Shown here piece after piece: positions 10,227-18,946 of a stretch of DNA of 51,761 bases. This DNA is from Candidatus Blautia excrementigallinarum (GTDB taxonomy: Bacteria; Bacillota; Clostridia; Lachnospirales; Lachnospiraceae), in NCBI GenBank assembly GCA_019119235.1, contig DWXL01000088.1, positions 1 to 51,761 of the forward strand, in the 5' to 3' direction. The notes under the pieces are model-generated. The model had not been told where the DNA came from and did not search any database. It was given only the letters and a program-made list of their open reading frames with translations. Numbering within the stretch: position 1 is the stretch's first letter; every line of letters begins with the position of its first letter. The translations under genes were made by a program, and so were the position numbers.

Positions 10227-11674
10227 GAGTCCCTCAGCCTTACACGGCTGCCGTCTTCAATCTCCCTGTCTGAACCTGTGATCACTTTCTGATCCGCCGA
10301 CAACGTCCCTTCTTGAAGGGCCGCCCTGGTTTCGTTCTGTTCCTTTACAGTCACATCCACCTTCCGGGCTGTCTGCACTTCCCCCAGCGCCGTATCTTCC
10401 GTATCAAGGACAAACACGTACTGCTGCCCCGGATTCCCGTAAAGAGCAGAAAGAGGCACACAGCATGTATAGGGGCCGTTTTCTTTCTTTACCGTGAAGT
10501 CCACATTCTCTCCCACCGCAAAGTCCCCCTCCGGTACGGATACCGTAATAATGAAACTCCCCGGGGCGGAAGCGTCTTCCTGAACAGAAAGCACCCGGGC
10601 GTTTTCCTCTGTCAGACCCCTGCTGTTTTTCAGCGTAACCTCCGTTCCGGCGTCAACATATTCCAGATCATCCTTTTGGATAATACCCGTCATTCTCATT
10701 TCTCCTGTAAGTTTATAGAGGACTGCCGCCGCTTCCCCTGTTGTCTGCCCGCCTGTGCTGACAGAGAGAGATTTCACGACGCCGTCCGCAGGCGCTTTTA
10801 CTTCTCCCCTGTTTTGCAGAAGGGTCTGAAGCTGTCCCAGTTCTTCTTTCAGATTCTCCAGTTCTCTTTCCAGGTTGCTGCCCGTACTGTCCTGAGGCGT
10901 CGGAAGAGCGGCGTCCTGACGGGCGCGGTCCGCCGCGGTTACCTCCTGGTTCCTGCTCATGATGATCTGATTCAGCGCGTCCTGCTTTGCCCGGACGTCG
11001 TCTGCCAGGGCCTGTTCTGTTGTGCTGTCCAGATAAGGATTTTCCGTGCTTTCTCCTGTTCCATCCTTAAGATCCGAACCGTCCGTGAAATCCGCCGAAT
11101 CGGAAAACTCATCTTCGTTCTGCTGTTTTTTTCTCTGCTCTTCCGCTTTCTTCGCCGCTGCTTTTGCCGCTCTGTAATCCGCAAGCCGCTGCCGGGCGAT
11201 ATTCAGTTCATTCCGGGCATTCGCTATATTGATGTCACCGTTTCCCACGGCGGTATCGAGATCCTGCTGCGCGCGGAGCGCCTCATTTGCTTTTTTCTGT
11301 TCTTCAACGGCCTTCTGGCTTTCCAAATCACTGACAGCCAGTTCTTTTTCCTCAATTTCATCCTGCTTCGCGTCAATAGATTCCTGAATGGAGGAATCCA
11401 GCACGGTAAGAAGCACCTGGCCTTCTTCTACCGCCTCCCCTTCCTGAACCAGAACCTGTTCCACCTTCTGACCCTCCAGGGTAAAAACCGCCTGTTCCTC
11501 CGTTCCTTCGATCGTCCCGTTTCCGGAAACCTCGTGGACGATCAGCTGATTCTGTACTCCCGATGCCTGCACCTGCGCCACGGTAACGGAATCGGCCGCC
11601 CGTGAAAGGAAAGTAAAAAGCAGCATGGCTGCAAAAAACATCACGATCCATTTTATCAGTTTCTCTCTTCTCAT
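10223..11674 (-). CDS. Membrane-fusion (HlyD/RND adaptor) protein
   Basis: Start moved to MRREKLIK (AAGGAG RBS); TM anchor, VQEGEAVEEGQVL lipoyl half, coiled coil, APADGVV, VPLSAL. Confidence 0.85.
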   Translation of the reverse strand: MRREKLIKWIVMFFAAMLLFTFLSRAADSVTVAQVQASGVQNQLIVHEVSGNGTIEGTEEQAVFTLEGQKVEQVLVQEGEAVEEGQVLLTVLDSSIQESIDAKQDEIEEKELAVSDLESQKAVEEQKKANEALRAQQDLDTAVGNGDINIANARNELNIARQRLADYRAAKAAAKKAEEQRKKQQNEDEFSDSADFTDGSDLKDGTGESTENPYLDSTTEQALADDVRAKQDALNQIIMSRNQEVTAADRARQDAALPTPQDSTGSNLERELENLKEELGQLQTLLQNRGEVKAPADGVVKSLSVSTGGQTTGEAAAVLYKLTGEMRMTGIIQKDDLEYVDAGTEVTLKNSRGLTEENARVLSVQEDASAPGSFIITVSVPEGDFAVGENVDFTVKKENGPYTCCVPLSALYGNPGQQYVFVLDTEDTALGEVQTARKVDVTVKEQNETRAALQEGTLSADQKVITGSDREIEDGSRVRLRDS

Positions 11675-11679
11675 GTTGT

Positions 11680-12531
11680 CTACTCCTTTACCGCAGCGGA
11701 CACAATCCCCTGTTCCAGATAGTCCTGCCCGGCCAGAAACACCAGTACGGCCGGAAGCAGCGCCAGCACGGAAGCGGCAAACGCGGCTCCCGCCTGATCC
11801 ATGGTAATATTGGGAAGGTACAGCGACAGCGGCCATTTTTCTTTCGTTTTCAGAAACGCCATGGGCTGTTCCAGAAGATTCCAGTTTTCCAGAAATCCCA
11901 GTACCAGAGCGGATATGATCCCCGGCGAACCCAATGGGATTCCGATCTCAAAAAATATTCTCAATTCCCCCGCCCCGTCCAGACGCGCGGATTCTATAAG
12001 CGCCTCCGGCAGCCCGGTGAAAAAGCGGTACATCAAAAATACCGGAAAAGTGGAAAACACTGACGGCAGAACGATCCCTGTCAGTGTATCCAGAAGTTTC
12101 AGTCTGTTCAGTACCAGATAATTACTCAGCATCATCACCTGGAACGGCATCATCATTAAGGCGATATAAACCGTGAACAGCAGTTTTTTTGCGGGAAAAG
12201 AGAATCTGGCGAATCCCCAGGCGGCCGGAGTACCCACCAAGATCTGCCCTGCCAGCACTGCGGCCGTGATCTTCACAGAATTCCAGAACATGACAAAAAA
12301 TTCCGGTGAATCCAGAAGCATTCTGATATAGGACCGTAAAGTGGGATATTCCGGCAGGAACTTCCACGAGGCAAAGCCCTCCGCATTTCCCATTACAGGC
12401 GCCAGCAGCCCCGCAAGCTCGCCGTTTCCCATCAGGGATCCGCATATCAGGAACCATATGGGAAATACTGCCGCCGCTGCCGCCAGGATCAGAGATCCGT
12501 TTATAATTTTTCTCATAAGATGTATCTGCAT
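11680..12531 (-). CDS. Carbohydrate (CUT1) ABC permease, MalG-like
   Basis: ESARLDGAG EAA loop, WN motif, six TMs. Confidence 0.9.
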   Translation of the reverse strand: MQIHLMRKIINGSLILAAAAAVFPIWFLICGSLMGNGELAGLLAPVMGNAEGFASWKFLPEYPTLRSYIRMLLDSPEFFVMFWNSVKITAAVLAGQILVGTPAAWGFARFSFPAKKLLFTVYIALMMMPFQVMMLSNYLVLNRLKLLDTLTGIVLPSVFSTFPVFLMYRFFTGLPEALIESARLDGAGELRIFFEIGIPLGSPGIISALVLGFLENWNLLEQPMAFLKTKEKWPLSLYLPNITMDQAGAAFAASVLALLPAVLVFLAGQDYLEQGIVSAAVKE

Positions 12532-12591
12532 TTTCCGTCACACTTCCCCGCCGGCATCCTGGCGTTTACTTACCGGGAACTCCCGCTTCTC

Positions 12592-13434
12592 TCAGTTTCT
12601 GTCCCACAGCTTCTGCAGAATCAGAATCAGTCCCAGGATGAGGACCGCCGTCATCACCGCCGCCGCTGCCATTTTATCCAGCGCAAGATCCCTGTACCAG
12701 TTATTAAAAAGATGCTGCAGAAGATACATGCTGTTCTGCGGATAATCCCCGGCGACCAGATATGCCTCCCGAAACACCTTGAAGCCGTTCAGAAGAGAAA
12801 GCACCACGATTGTAAACATGGCGGGAAGGAGATTGGGAAGCGTAATGCAGAAAAAGCATTTCCACTCTCCCGCGCCGTCTACCCTGGCCGCGTCATACAG
12901 CGCGCCGGGAATGGCGCCCAGCCCGGCCGCCCAGAGCACGATATCGTACCCCAGATTCCTCCAGATATAGCTGAACACCAGCACTCCGAAAGAAGCGTCT
13001 GTATTCATCCAGTCCGTACCGCGAATAGAAATAAACGAAAGCAGATGATTCAGAAGTCCCTGGTCATGAAACAGTACCTTCCAGAGAATCACCACAGAGG
13101 CAACAGGAATTGCCATGGGAAGAAGGAACATGCTTTTCAGAAGCTGCATTCCTTTTTTTCTTTTTGTCAGAAGAACGGCGATCAGAAGGGATAAAACCAC
13201 CAGAATGGGAATACATACGGCAAAAAAGCGCAGCGTATTTCCGGCGGCCAGACGAAAAGCCTGGTTTTCTATTACCGTGGCATAATTTTTCCATCCGGTA
13301 AAAGTCCCGCTCACTGCACTGAAAAAAGATCTCCTCACCACATCGCCGAAAGGGATCATCCAGAATATCCCCGCCCCGATCAGGCTGGGGAGGAGAAACA
13401 ATAATCCTTTTAATTCACGTTTTCTGCTTTTCAA
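12592..13434 (-). CDS. Carbohydrate (CUT1) ABC permease, MalF-like
   Basis: YDAARVDGAG EAA loop, ITLPNL, GWKNY. Confidence 0.9.
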   Translation of the reverse strand: MKSRKRELKGLLFLLPSLIGAGIFWMIPFGDVVRRSFFSAVSGTFTGWKNYATVIENQAFRLAAGNTLRFFAVCIPILVVLSLLIAVLLTKRKKGMQLLKSMFLLPMAIPVASVVILWKVLFHDQGLLNHLLSFISIRGTDWMNTDASFGVLVFSYIWRNLGYDIVLWAAGLGAIPGALYDAARVDGAGEWKCFFCITLPNLLPAMFTIVVLSLLNGFKVFREAYLVAGDYPQNSMYLLQHLFNNWYRDLALDKMAAAAVMTAVLILGLILILQKLWDRN

Positions 13435-13530
13435 GTCAGACGCACTTCCTTATCTGTTCCGGAAAGCTCCCTCTCTGCACACATCCGCACAGCAGGAGTC
13501 ATCCCACATCTGATATAAGGATAACAGGGG

Positions 13531-13550
13531 AATCTCTAGGAAATCTCTAA
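13531..13550 (-). promoter_or_regulatory. Tandem OmpR-type operator box upstream of the permease operon
   Basis: TTAGAGATT-N2-CTAGAGATT, 11-bp period. Confidence 0.65.
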
Positions 13551-13653
13551 ATACCGAAAACGCCGGGAAGCAGATCATGGAAGAAATTTAGCTGAAGTTT
13601 ACAATTTACGGGATTGACGCAGAAGAAGAAATAGAGGTAATATACAGAATATT

Positions 13654-13673
13654 TTAGAGACATTTTAAAGATT
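13654..13673 (+). promoter_or_regulatory. Tandem OmpR-type operator box upstream of the response regulator
   Basis: TTAGAGACA-N2-TTAAAGATT, followed by a TGnTATATT -10. Confidence 0.6.
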
Positions 13674-13765
13674 TTTTTACTAATATGATATATTGTAATA
13701 TCAGGATCGGCGATTTGACACGGCAATGTGTTTACATTAAAACTGCCGATCCGGAAAGGGACGAT

Positions 13766-14434
13766 ATGAATATTTTAATGATAGAAGATGATAAAGACCT
13801 CTGTGAAACCGTATCTTTCAGTCTGAGACAGGAAGGTTTTTCTGTCGACGTCTGTCACGACGGAGAGGAAGGACTGTACTACATGGAAGACGGTATCCAT
13901 GATCTGGTAATCCTCGACCGGATGCTTCCTCACATGGATGGGATCACGCTTCTGAAAGAAGCAAGGAAACGCGGGATCCGAACTCCTGTGATCTTTCTGA
14001 CCGCTCTGGGAGAATTGAATGACAAGCTGACCGGACTGAACTGCGGCGCGGATGATTATATGGTGAAACCCTTTGCTTTCGAAGAACTTCTCGCCCGCAT
14101 CCACTGCCTTCTCCGCCGGCCTGGAACCTATGATTCCTCTCCTGTCCTGAAACTGGAGGATATCACCTATGACCCCGCCACCCGCCGCCTGTCCGGAAAC
14201 GGCACGGAATGTACGCTGTCCAACCGGGAGGGAAATCTTCTGGAAATATTTCTCAGGAATCCCGGACAGACACTGCCGAGAACACTGCTTCTGAACCGCG
14301 TATGGGGACCGGACAGCGATGTGGAAGAGGGAAATCTGGACAACTATATCCATTTCCTCCGCCGGAGACTGAAGACCGTAAAAAGTGGTTTGAGTGTTCG
14401 CACTGTAAGAGGGGTTGGTTATCAGATCGGGTGA
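13766..14434 (+). CDS. OmpR/PhoB-family response regulator
   Basis: MNILMIEDD, DLVILDRMLP, GADDYMVKPF, TVRGVGY; start moved to 13766. Confidence 0.95.
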   Translation: MNILMIEDDKDLCETVSFSLRQEGFSVDVCHDGEEGLYYMEDGIHDLVILDRMLPHMDGITLLKEARKRGIRTPVIFLTALGELNDKLTGLNCGADDYMVKPFAFEELLARIHCLLRRPGTYDSSPVLKLEDITYDPATRRLSGNGTECTLSNREGNLLEIFLRNPGQTLPRTLLLNRVWGPDSDVEEGNLDNYIHFLRRRLKTVKSGLSVRTVRGVGYQIG

Positions 14435-14448
14435 TGGTACCAGATATC

Positions 14449-14669
14449 TGTTTCGTATGTATTACGGATGCAGGATAAAATGCTGCGCTGCAGATATGTC
14501 TCGCTCCATGATTTTACTCCGCCGCCGATTGCAGCCCGCAGACCATAAACTCGCTCCGCTCACACAGATGGTCTGCGGACTGCGCTATACTCGTAAAATC
14601 CATGTCGCTCTGACAACTATCTGCAGCGCAGCATTTTTACTCTGCATCCTGTTTATTCATAACAAAACA
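14449..14669 (+). repeat. Long imperfect palindromic element (copy 1)
   Basis: Nested stems AAAATGCTGCGCTGCAGATA/TATCTGCAGCGCAGCATTTT and CCGCAGACCAT/ATGGTCTGCGG around loop AAACTCGCTCCGCTCACACAG. Confidence 0.8.
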
Positions 14670-14839
14670 TCCTCTTCAAAAATCACAGCAGCATCTCAAT
14701 CCTCTGCCCGCATTTTCTAGACATTTACTGAAAATTCCCCGCACACAGTGCGGTTTACTTTTTCTGATCGGTTCAACAGATATCTGTAATAGAAATGGAA
14801 CCGTTTGCCAAAAAAAGAGTTGCGGCATCGGATATCAGG

Positions 14840-15047
14840 ACAGTTTTTGCTACAGGCAGCGGCAAGAAAAATGTTATGTCGCAAACGATAGCCCGAGGTT
14901 CATAGATTTTGTGAGCATAGCGTATGGCAAAAATCATTGTCTGAACGCAGTGAGTTTTGATTTTTGACATACAACAGGCGGCGGAACAAAATCATGAACC
15001 GGAGCGTGTTTGCGACAGACATTTTTCTCTGCGCATAGCAAAACTGT
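14840..15047 (-). repeat. Long imperfect palindromic element (copy 2, opposite orientation)
   Basis: Nested stems TGTCGCAAAC/GTTTGCGACA, GGTTCAT/ATGAACC and CAAAAATCA/TGATTTTTG around loop AAACTCACTGCGTTCAGACAA. Confidence 0.8.
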
Positions 15048-15072
15048 GAAAATAACAGATATCTGTCCCCGA

Positions 15073-17472
15073 CTACTCGGCCAGATAGAGATTAACCTCC
15101 TGCAGCGCTGCCCGCACGGCTTCTTCCAGTCCGGTCTCTCCGTCCAGATATTTCCCTCCTGCCTCTGCCACTGCATTTAATATGATCTCATTCGTCTCCG
15201 AAGGCGTCACCAACGACTTTCCGAGGGCTTTGATCTCTTCTGTTTTCTCGTCATCCGCGCGGCGGATACTGATTTCTACAGTTTCTCCTGTCTGATTGTT
15301 GCTGGAACTCATTACTCCCAGAAGTCCGTCGGAATCACCCACCGCCCAGTATTCCTCGCTGTCGTAGACGGTTTCATTCACAGGGAATCCCGCTGAGGAT
15401 CCTGCTATCTGCCCCTCCTGGCTGAACAGGAATTCCACCAGTTTCTCCGCAGCCTCCGGCTCTCCGGCTTTGGCGCTGATCCCCACAGTCTGGACAGGGA
15501 TAAAGCAGTTCTCTGCCTGACCGTTCCACAGCGCGTCCTGATAACGGCTGTCTGTCTTTTCCACACTGGAGACAAGCGCCAGCGCATCCGGAGATGTAAG
15601 TCTTCCGGCGGACAGTTTGTAGGCGCCGCTGAGAAGAGATATAGCGCTGCCGCTGAGTTCTTTCAGTAAATCCATATCGGTGTCGCTCAGATAGGATACC
15701 GACATTCCGGCCTCCTCCATCATCCTGCTCAGCGCGTCCACGCCTTCTTTTCCCGCCTGATAGATCCTGTTTGCCTGTGTCAGATATTCTGTCACCGCGC
15801 TCTCATCCAATGTCCCGTCGTTTTTCAGCCATGCCGGTCCGTTTACATCCGCCAGTGCCTTAAGGAAAGCTTCCGATCCGTATGTCATCATTGTCATGGG
15901 CAGACAGTTTTCGCTGTACTCGGACCGGTATTTTTCTGCCGCGTCCGCCAGGGTCTCAAGATCCACTATATTTTCCACATCTTCGGCGGTTCCCTGGATC
16001 ATAGGAATGGCGAAGCGTACCGGCATGACATACTGGCTGCCGTCCTCCTCAACATAGGCGTTTCGGATATTCTGAAGCAATCCGTCTGCCTCTTCTGTTT
16101 TATCAAGAATACCGCTGATATCCGCCAGCATACCTTTTTCTGTATAAGTATCTGTCGGAATCCCGTCCAGAATCAGCACGTCCGGCCCGTTTCCCGCCAT
16201 GATCTCCGTATTCAGGTTTTTTAGAGCGTCGGTGCTGGTCACCGCGTCCTCTTCGCTCATGCCTGTTTCCAGATTCAGATAAATCTCAGGATATTTTTTC
16301 TGAAACAGAGCCGCGATCTGGCTCATATAGGAATTTTCTCTCAGGGAATACACCGTCAGCTCCGTTTCCGGCACGGCGGGCGTATCCGGAGAATATACAT
16401 ACTTCAGGAGTCTCCCCTTCCCTGTAGCGCTGTCCATGGAAGCAAGATAAAAATTCCCCTCTTCATCCCGCGCCAGGCTCACAAGCGCCGTATCGGGAGA
16501 ACCAATACTGTTCAGGCTTCCGTCTATCACCTGTTCCACGATACTGCCGCCAAAAGAATAGCGGTAAAGTCCGTCTCTTTCCGCGAAAAACAGGCTGTCC
16601 TCCTCATCTCCTTCCACAAATACCACGGGAAAAGAGGTCGTACTGGAAAGCTGCAGGTTATTTTCATCCGCAGTGATCTTCTCCGTCAGTGCCGCGGCGT
16701 CTTCCACAGGTTCTCCGGTTTCCAGATCATAATAGTGAACCGTATCCGTCACAGTGATCAGACGGTTCCTGTCTACTGTAAAATAATTCACGAAGGTTCC
16801 TTTTTCATATTCTGCTTTCACACTGCCGTCCGCGAGATTCACTTCCGCCAGACCTCTGCCCATCAGGTTCAGGATAATGGTGCCCTGATCCGTAAACTTC
16901 GCTTCTGTCACATAACCGTCTCCGACAAGCTCTGACGACCCCGGAAGTTCTCCGGCTTTTCCCTCAGGATCGATATAGTAAAGATGAAGTCCATATTCAC
17001 CGCTCTCCAGATCCTGTTCTTCGCTGTTTGTCACTGTAAGAAAAATTCCTCCGTCTCCGGAAAGCTGGGGATAACTCACACTGAAAACATCGCCGTCAAG
17101 CCCGGTCTGCGCAAGCAGGGAAATCCCTTCACTCCAGGATGCGCCGCCGTCCCGGGAATCCGCATAATAAAACATATAGTTTTCATCAGTGTAGCAGACT
17201 CTGAGCGCGCCGTCTTCCAGAAAACGCATGGCCAGAAGCTGCGCACAGTTTTCCGGGACAGAAACATCTTCCTCAAGATACCGCCCCATAGCGGCGTTTT
17301 CGGAATTTTCTTCTGAACCGGCGTTTGCTGATCCTGAACTGCGCTCCGAATCGCCGCTTCCGTTTTCCGTATTCTCCACACTGCATCCGGTCATCCCCAG
17401 AATACCGGCAAAAGCCAGCGTTACTGCCATTACAGCGGCCGGTCCTTGTTTCCATATATGACGTCTTATCAT
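15073..17472 (-). CDS. Large extracellular solute-binding lipoprotein (N-terminal beta-rich domain plus CUT1 SBP domain)
   Basis: Lipobox MTGC; SRDGGASW Asp-box; FQKKYPEI...AGNGPDVL and AEKLVEFL SBP motifs; start moved to 17472 (AGGAGG RBS). Confidence 0.85.
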   Translation of the reverse strand: MIRRHIWKQGPAAVMAVTLAFAGILGMTGCSVENTENGSGDSERSSGSANAGSEENSENAAMGRYLEEDVSVPENCAQLLAMRFLEDGALRVCYTDENYMFYYADSRDGGASWSEGISLLAQTGLDGDVFSVSYPQLSGDGGIFLTVTNSEEQDLESGEYGLHLYYIDPEGKAGELPGSSELVGDGYVTEAKFTDQGTIILNLMGRGLAEVNLADGSVKAEYEKGTFVNYFTVDRNRLITVTDTVHYYDLETGEPVEDAAALTEKITADENNLQLSSTTSFPVVFVEGDEEDSLFFAERDGLYRYSFGGSIVEQVIDGSLNSIGSPDTALVSLARDEEGNFYLASMDSATGKGRLLKYVYSPDTPAVPETELTVYSLRENSYMSQIAALFQKKYPEIYLNLETGMSEEDAVTSTDALKNLNTEIMAGNGPDVLILDGIPTDTYTEKGMLADISGILDKTEEADGLLQNIRNAYVEEDGSQYVMPVRFAIPMIQGTAEDVENIVDLETLADAAEKYRSEYSENCLPMTMMTYGSEAFLKALADVNGPAWLKNDGTLDESAVTEYLTQANRIYQAGKEGVDALSRMMEEAGMSVSYLSDTDMDLLKELSGSAISLLSGAYKLSAGRLTSPDALALVSSVEKTDSRYQDALWNGQAENCFIPVQTVGISAKAGEPEAAEKLVEFLFSQEGQIAGSSAGFPVNETVYDSEEYWAVGDSDGLLGVMSSSNNQTGETVEISIRRADDEKTEEIKALGKSLVTPSETNEIILNAVAEAGGKYLDGETGLEEAVRAALQEVNLYLAE

Positions 17473-17562
17473 TCTGTTTCCTCCTGCTGTTGATATAGTT
17501 CTCAGGCAGCCTGTCAGAAAAACAGTCTGCCTTTCCATCTGGTTTTCCCATCATAACAGCTT

Positions 17563-17582
17563 AATCTTTAAACAATCTCTAA
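17563..17582 (-). promoter_or_regulatory. Tandem OmpR-type operator box upstream of the SBP gene
   Basis: TTAGAGATT-N2-TTAAAGATT, followed by TGTTATGAT extended -10. Confidence 0.7.
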
Positions 17583-17588
17583 TCCTTT

Positions 17589-17632
17589 TTAAAGATTCTT
17601 TAGAGATTCCGTAGAGAAATCCGTGCTATAAT
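17589..17632 (+). promoter_or_regulatory. Triple operator box and extended -10 upstream of the histidine kinase
   Basis: TTAAAGATT, TTAGAGATT and GTAGAGAAA at 11-bp period, then TGCTATAAT. Confidence 0.7.
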
Positions 17633-17665
17633 ATGTAAAATACAAAAAAACTGGAGGGCTCTGCC

Positions 17666-18943
17666 ATGTTCCGAAAACTCCATATCCAGATGACTGTTTT
17701 TTCCGCTCTGATCACCAGCGCCATTCTTATCGGAATGGCTTTTGCCTGTCTCATGATCGCGGAATCTTCCGCCAAAAGAAACAGCTACGTCTCTTTTCTC
17801 AATAACGCGCAGTCCTGCATTACCCATCTGGAAGAACAGAACGCGATCTCCCACCGATGGCTGCAGACTGTGATGGATACAAACAGAATCCGCATACAGA
17901 TCCGGGACAACGGAGAACCCCTCTATTTTTATAAACTCACCGGCCATACCGGAGATTCCAAAGCTTTCCATCAGGCGGCAGCTCTTTCCCGGGACACCTG
18001 CGGTCTTGATCTGGAGAACTTCAGTCCGGATCAGAAACTCACCAGAAGCGCCGACTTCCGGTTTGCCGGCTACTACGCCTGCACCGCCCTGATCCCTCAC
18101 GGAAACGGCGTACTGAGTATGATCATTCTCCACCCGTTGTCCGGGCTTCATGCACAGTTAAATATGCAGCGGCTCGCCTTCGGCGCTGCCGTCCTTGCCG
18201 GTATTGCCGCTGTCATTGTATTTTCCTGGTTTTTCACCGGCAGAATGATCCGCCCTCTGGAAAAAAGCCGAAGAGAACAGACCGCCTTTATCGCCGCCGC
18301 ATCTCATGAGCTCCGTTCCCCTCTGGCCGTGATCCGCTCCGGGCTTTCCGCGGTTCCGGAGGCTTCCCCGGCGCAGGCTGAAGAATTTATCCATATGTCG
18401 CTGAAAGAATGCGACAGGATGGCGCGGCTGATCCAGGATATGCTGTCTCTCTCCGGAGCCGACAATCATACATGGAAACTGGATCTGAAGCCATGTGAAC
18501 CTGATACCCTCCTCCTGGAGACGTATGAGAAATATGAACCGCTGATGCGGGAAAAAGGGATGAAATCTGACATTTCCCTCCCGGATGAACCCTTCGCCCC
18601 CATAATGCTGGACGCCGACAAAATCGCTCAGCTGCTGTCTATCCTTCTGGATAACGCGCTGAGTTACGTGCCCGCGGGCGGGAAAATCTCCCTTTCCCTG
18701 AAAAAAGAACCGGGAGCCGCTGCCATCTCTGTAACTGACAACGGTCCCGGTATCCCGGATTCCGAAAAAGAATCTGTATTTCAACGGTTTTACCGTTCCG
18801 ATAATTCCCGCAACGATAAGCAGCATTTCGGGCTGGGACTTTGTATCGCCCGGGAAATCGCCCTTCTCCACAGAGGAAGCCTTACCGTGTCCGACGCTCC
18901 CGAAGGAGGAGCTGTGTTTACACTGCGGCTGCCTCTGAAGTAA
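17666..18943 (+). CDS. Sensor histidine kinase (HisKA/HATPase)
   Basis: Two TMs; ASHELRSPL H-box; LDNA, DNGPGI, FYRSD and GLGL boxes. Confidence 0.95.
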   Translation: MFRKLHIQMTVFSALITSAILIGMAFACLMIAESSAKRNSYVSFLNNAQSCITHLEEQNAISHRWLQTVMDTNRIRIQIRDNGEPLYFYKLTGHTGDSKAFHQAAALSRDTCGLDLENFSPDQKLTRSADFRFAGYYACTALIPHGNGVLSMIILHPLSGLHAQLNMQRLAFGAAVLAGIAAVIVFSWFFTGRMIRPLEKSRREQTAFIAAASHELRSPLAVIRSGLSAVPEASPAQAEEFIHMSLKECDRMARLIQDMLSLSGADNHTWKLDLKPCEPDTLLLETYEKYEPLMREKGMKSDISLPDEPFAPIMLDADKIAQLLSILLDNALSYVPAGGKISLSLKKEPGAAAISVTDNGPGIPDSEKESVFQRFYRSDNSRNDKQHFGLGLCIAREIALLHRGSLTVSDAPEGGAVFTLRLPLK

Positions 18944-18946
18944 TCA

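Noticed and set aside
14415-15176. Short ORFs across the palindromic region
   Set aside because: No RBS or protein-like features; explained by the structured repeats.
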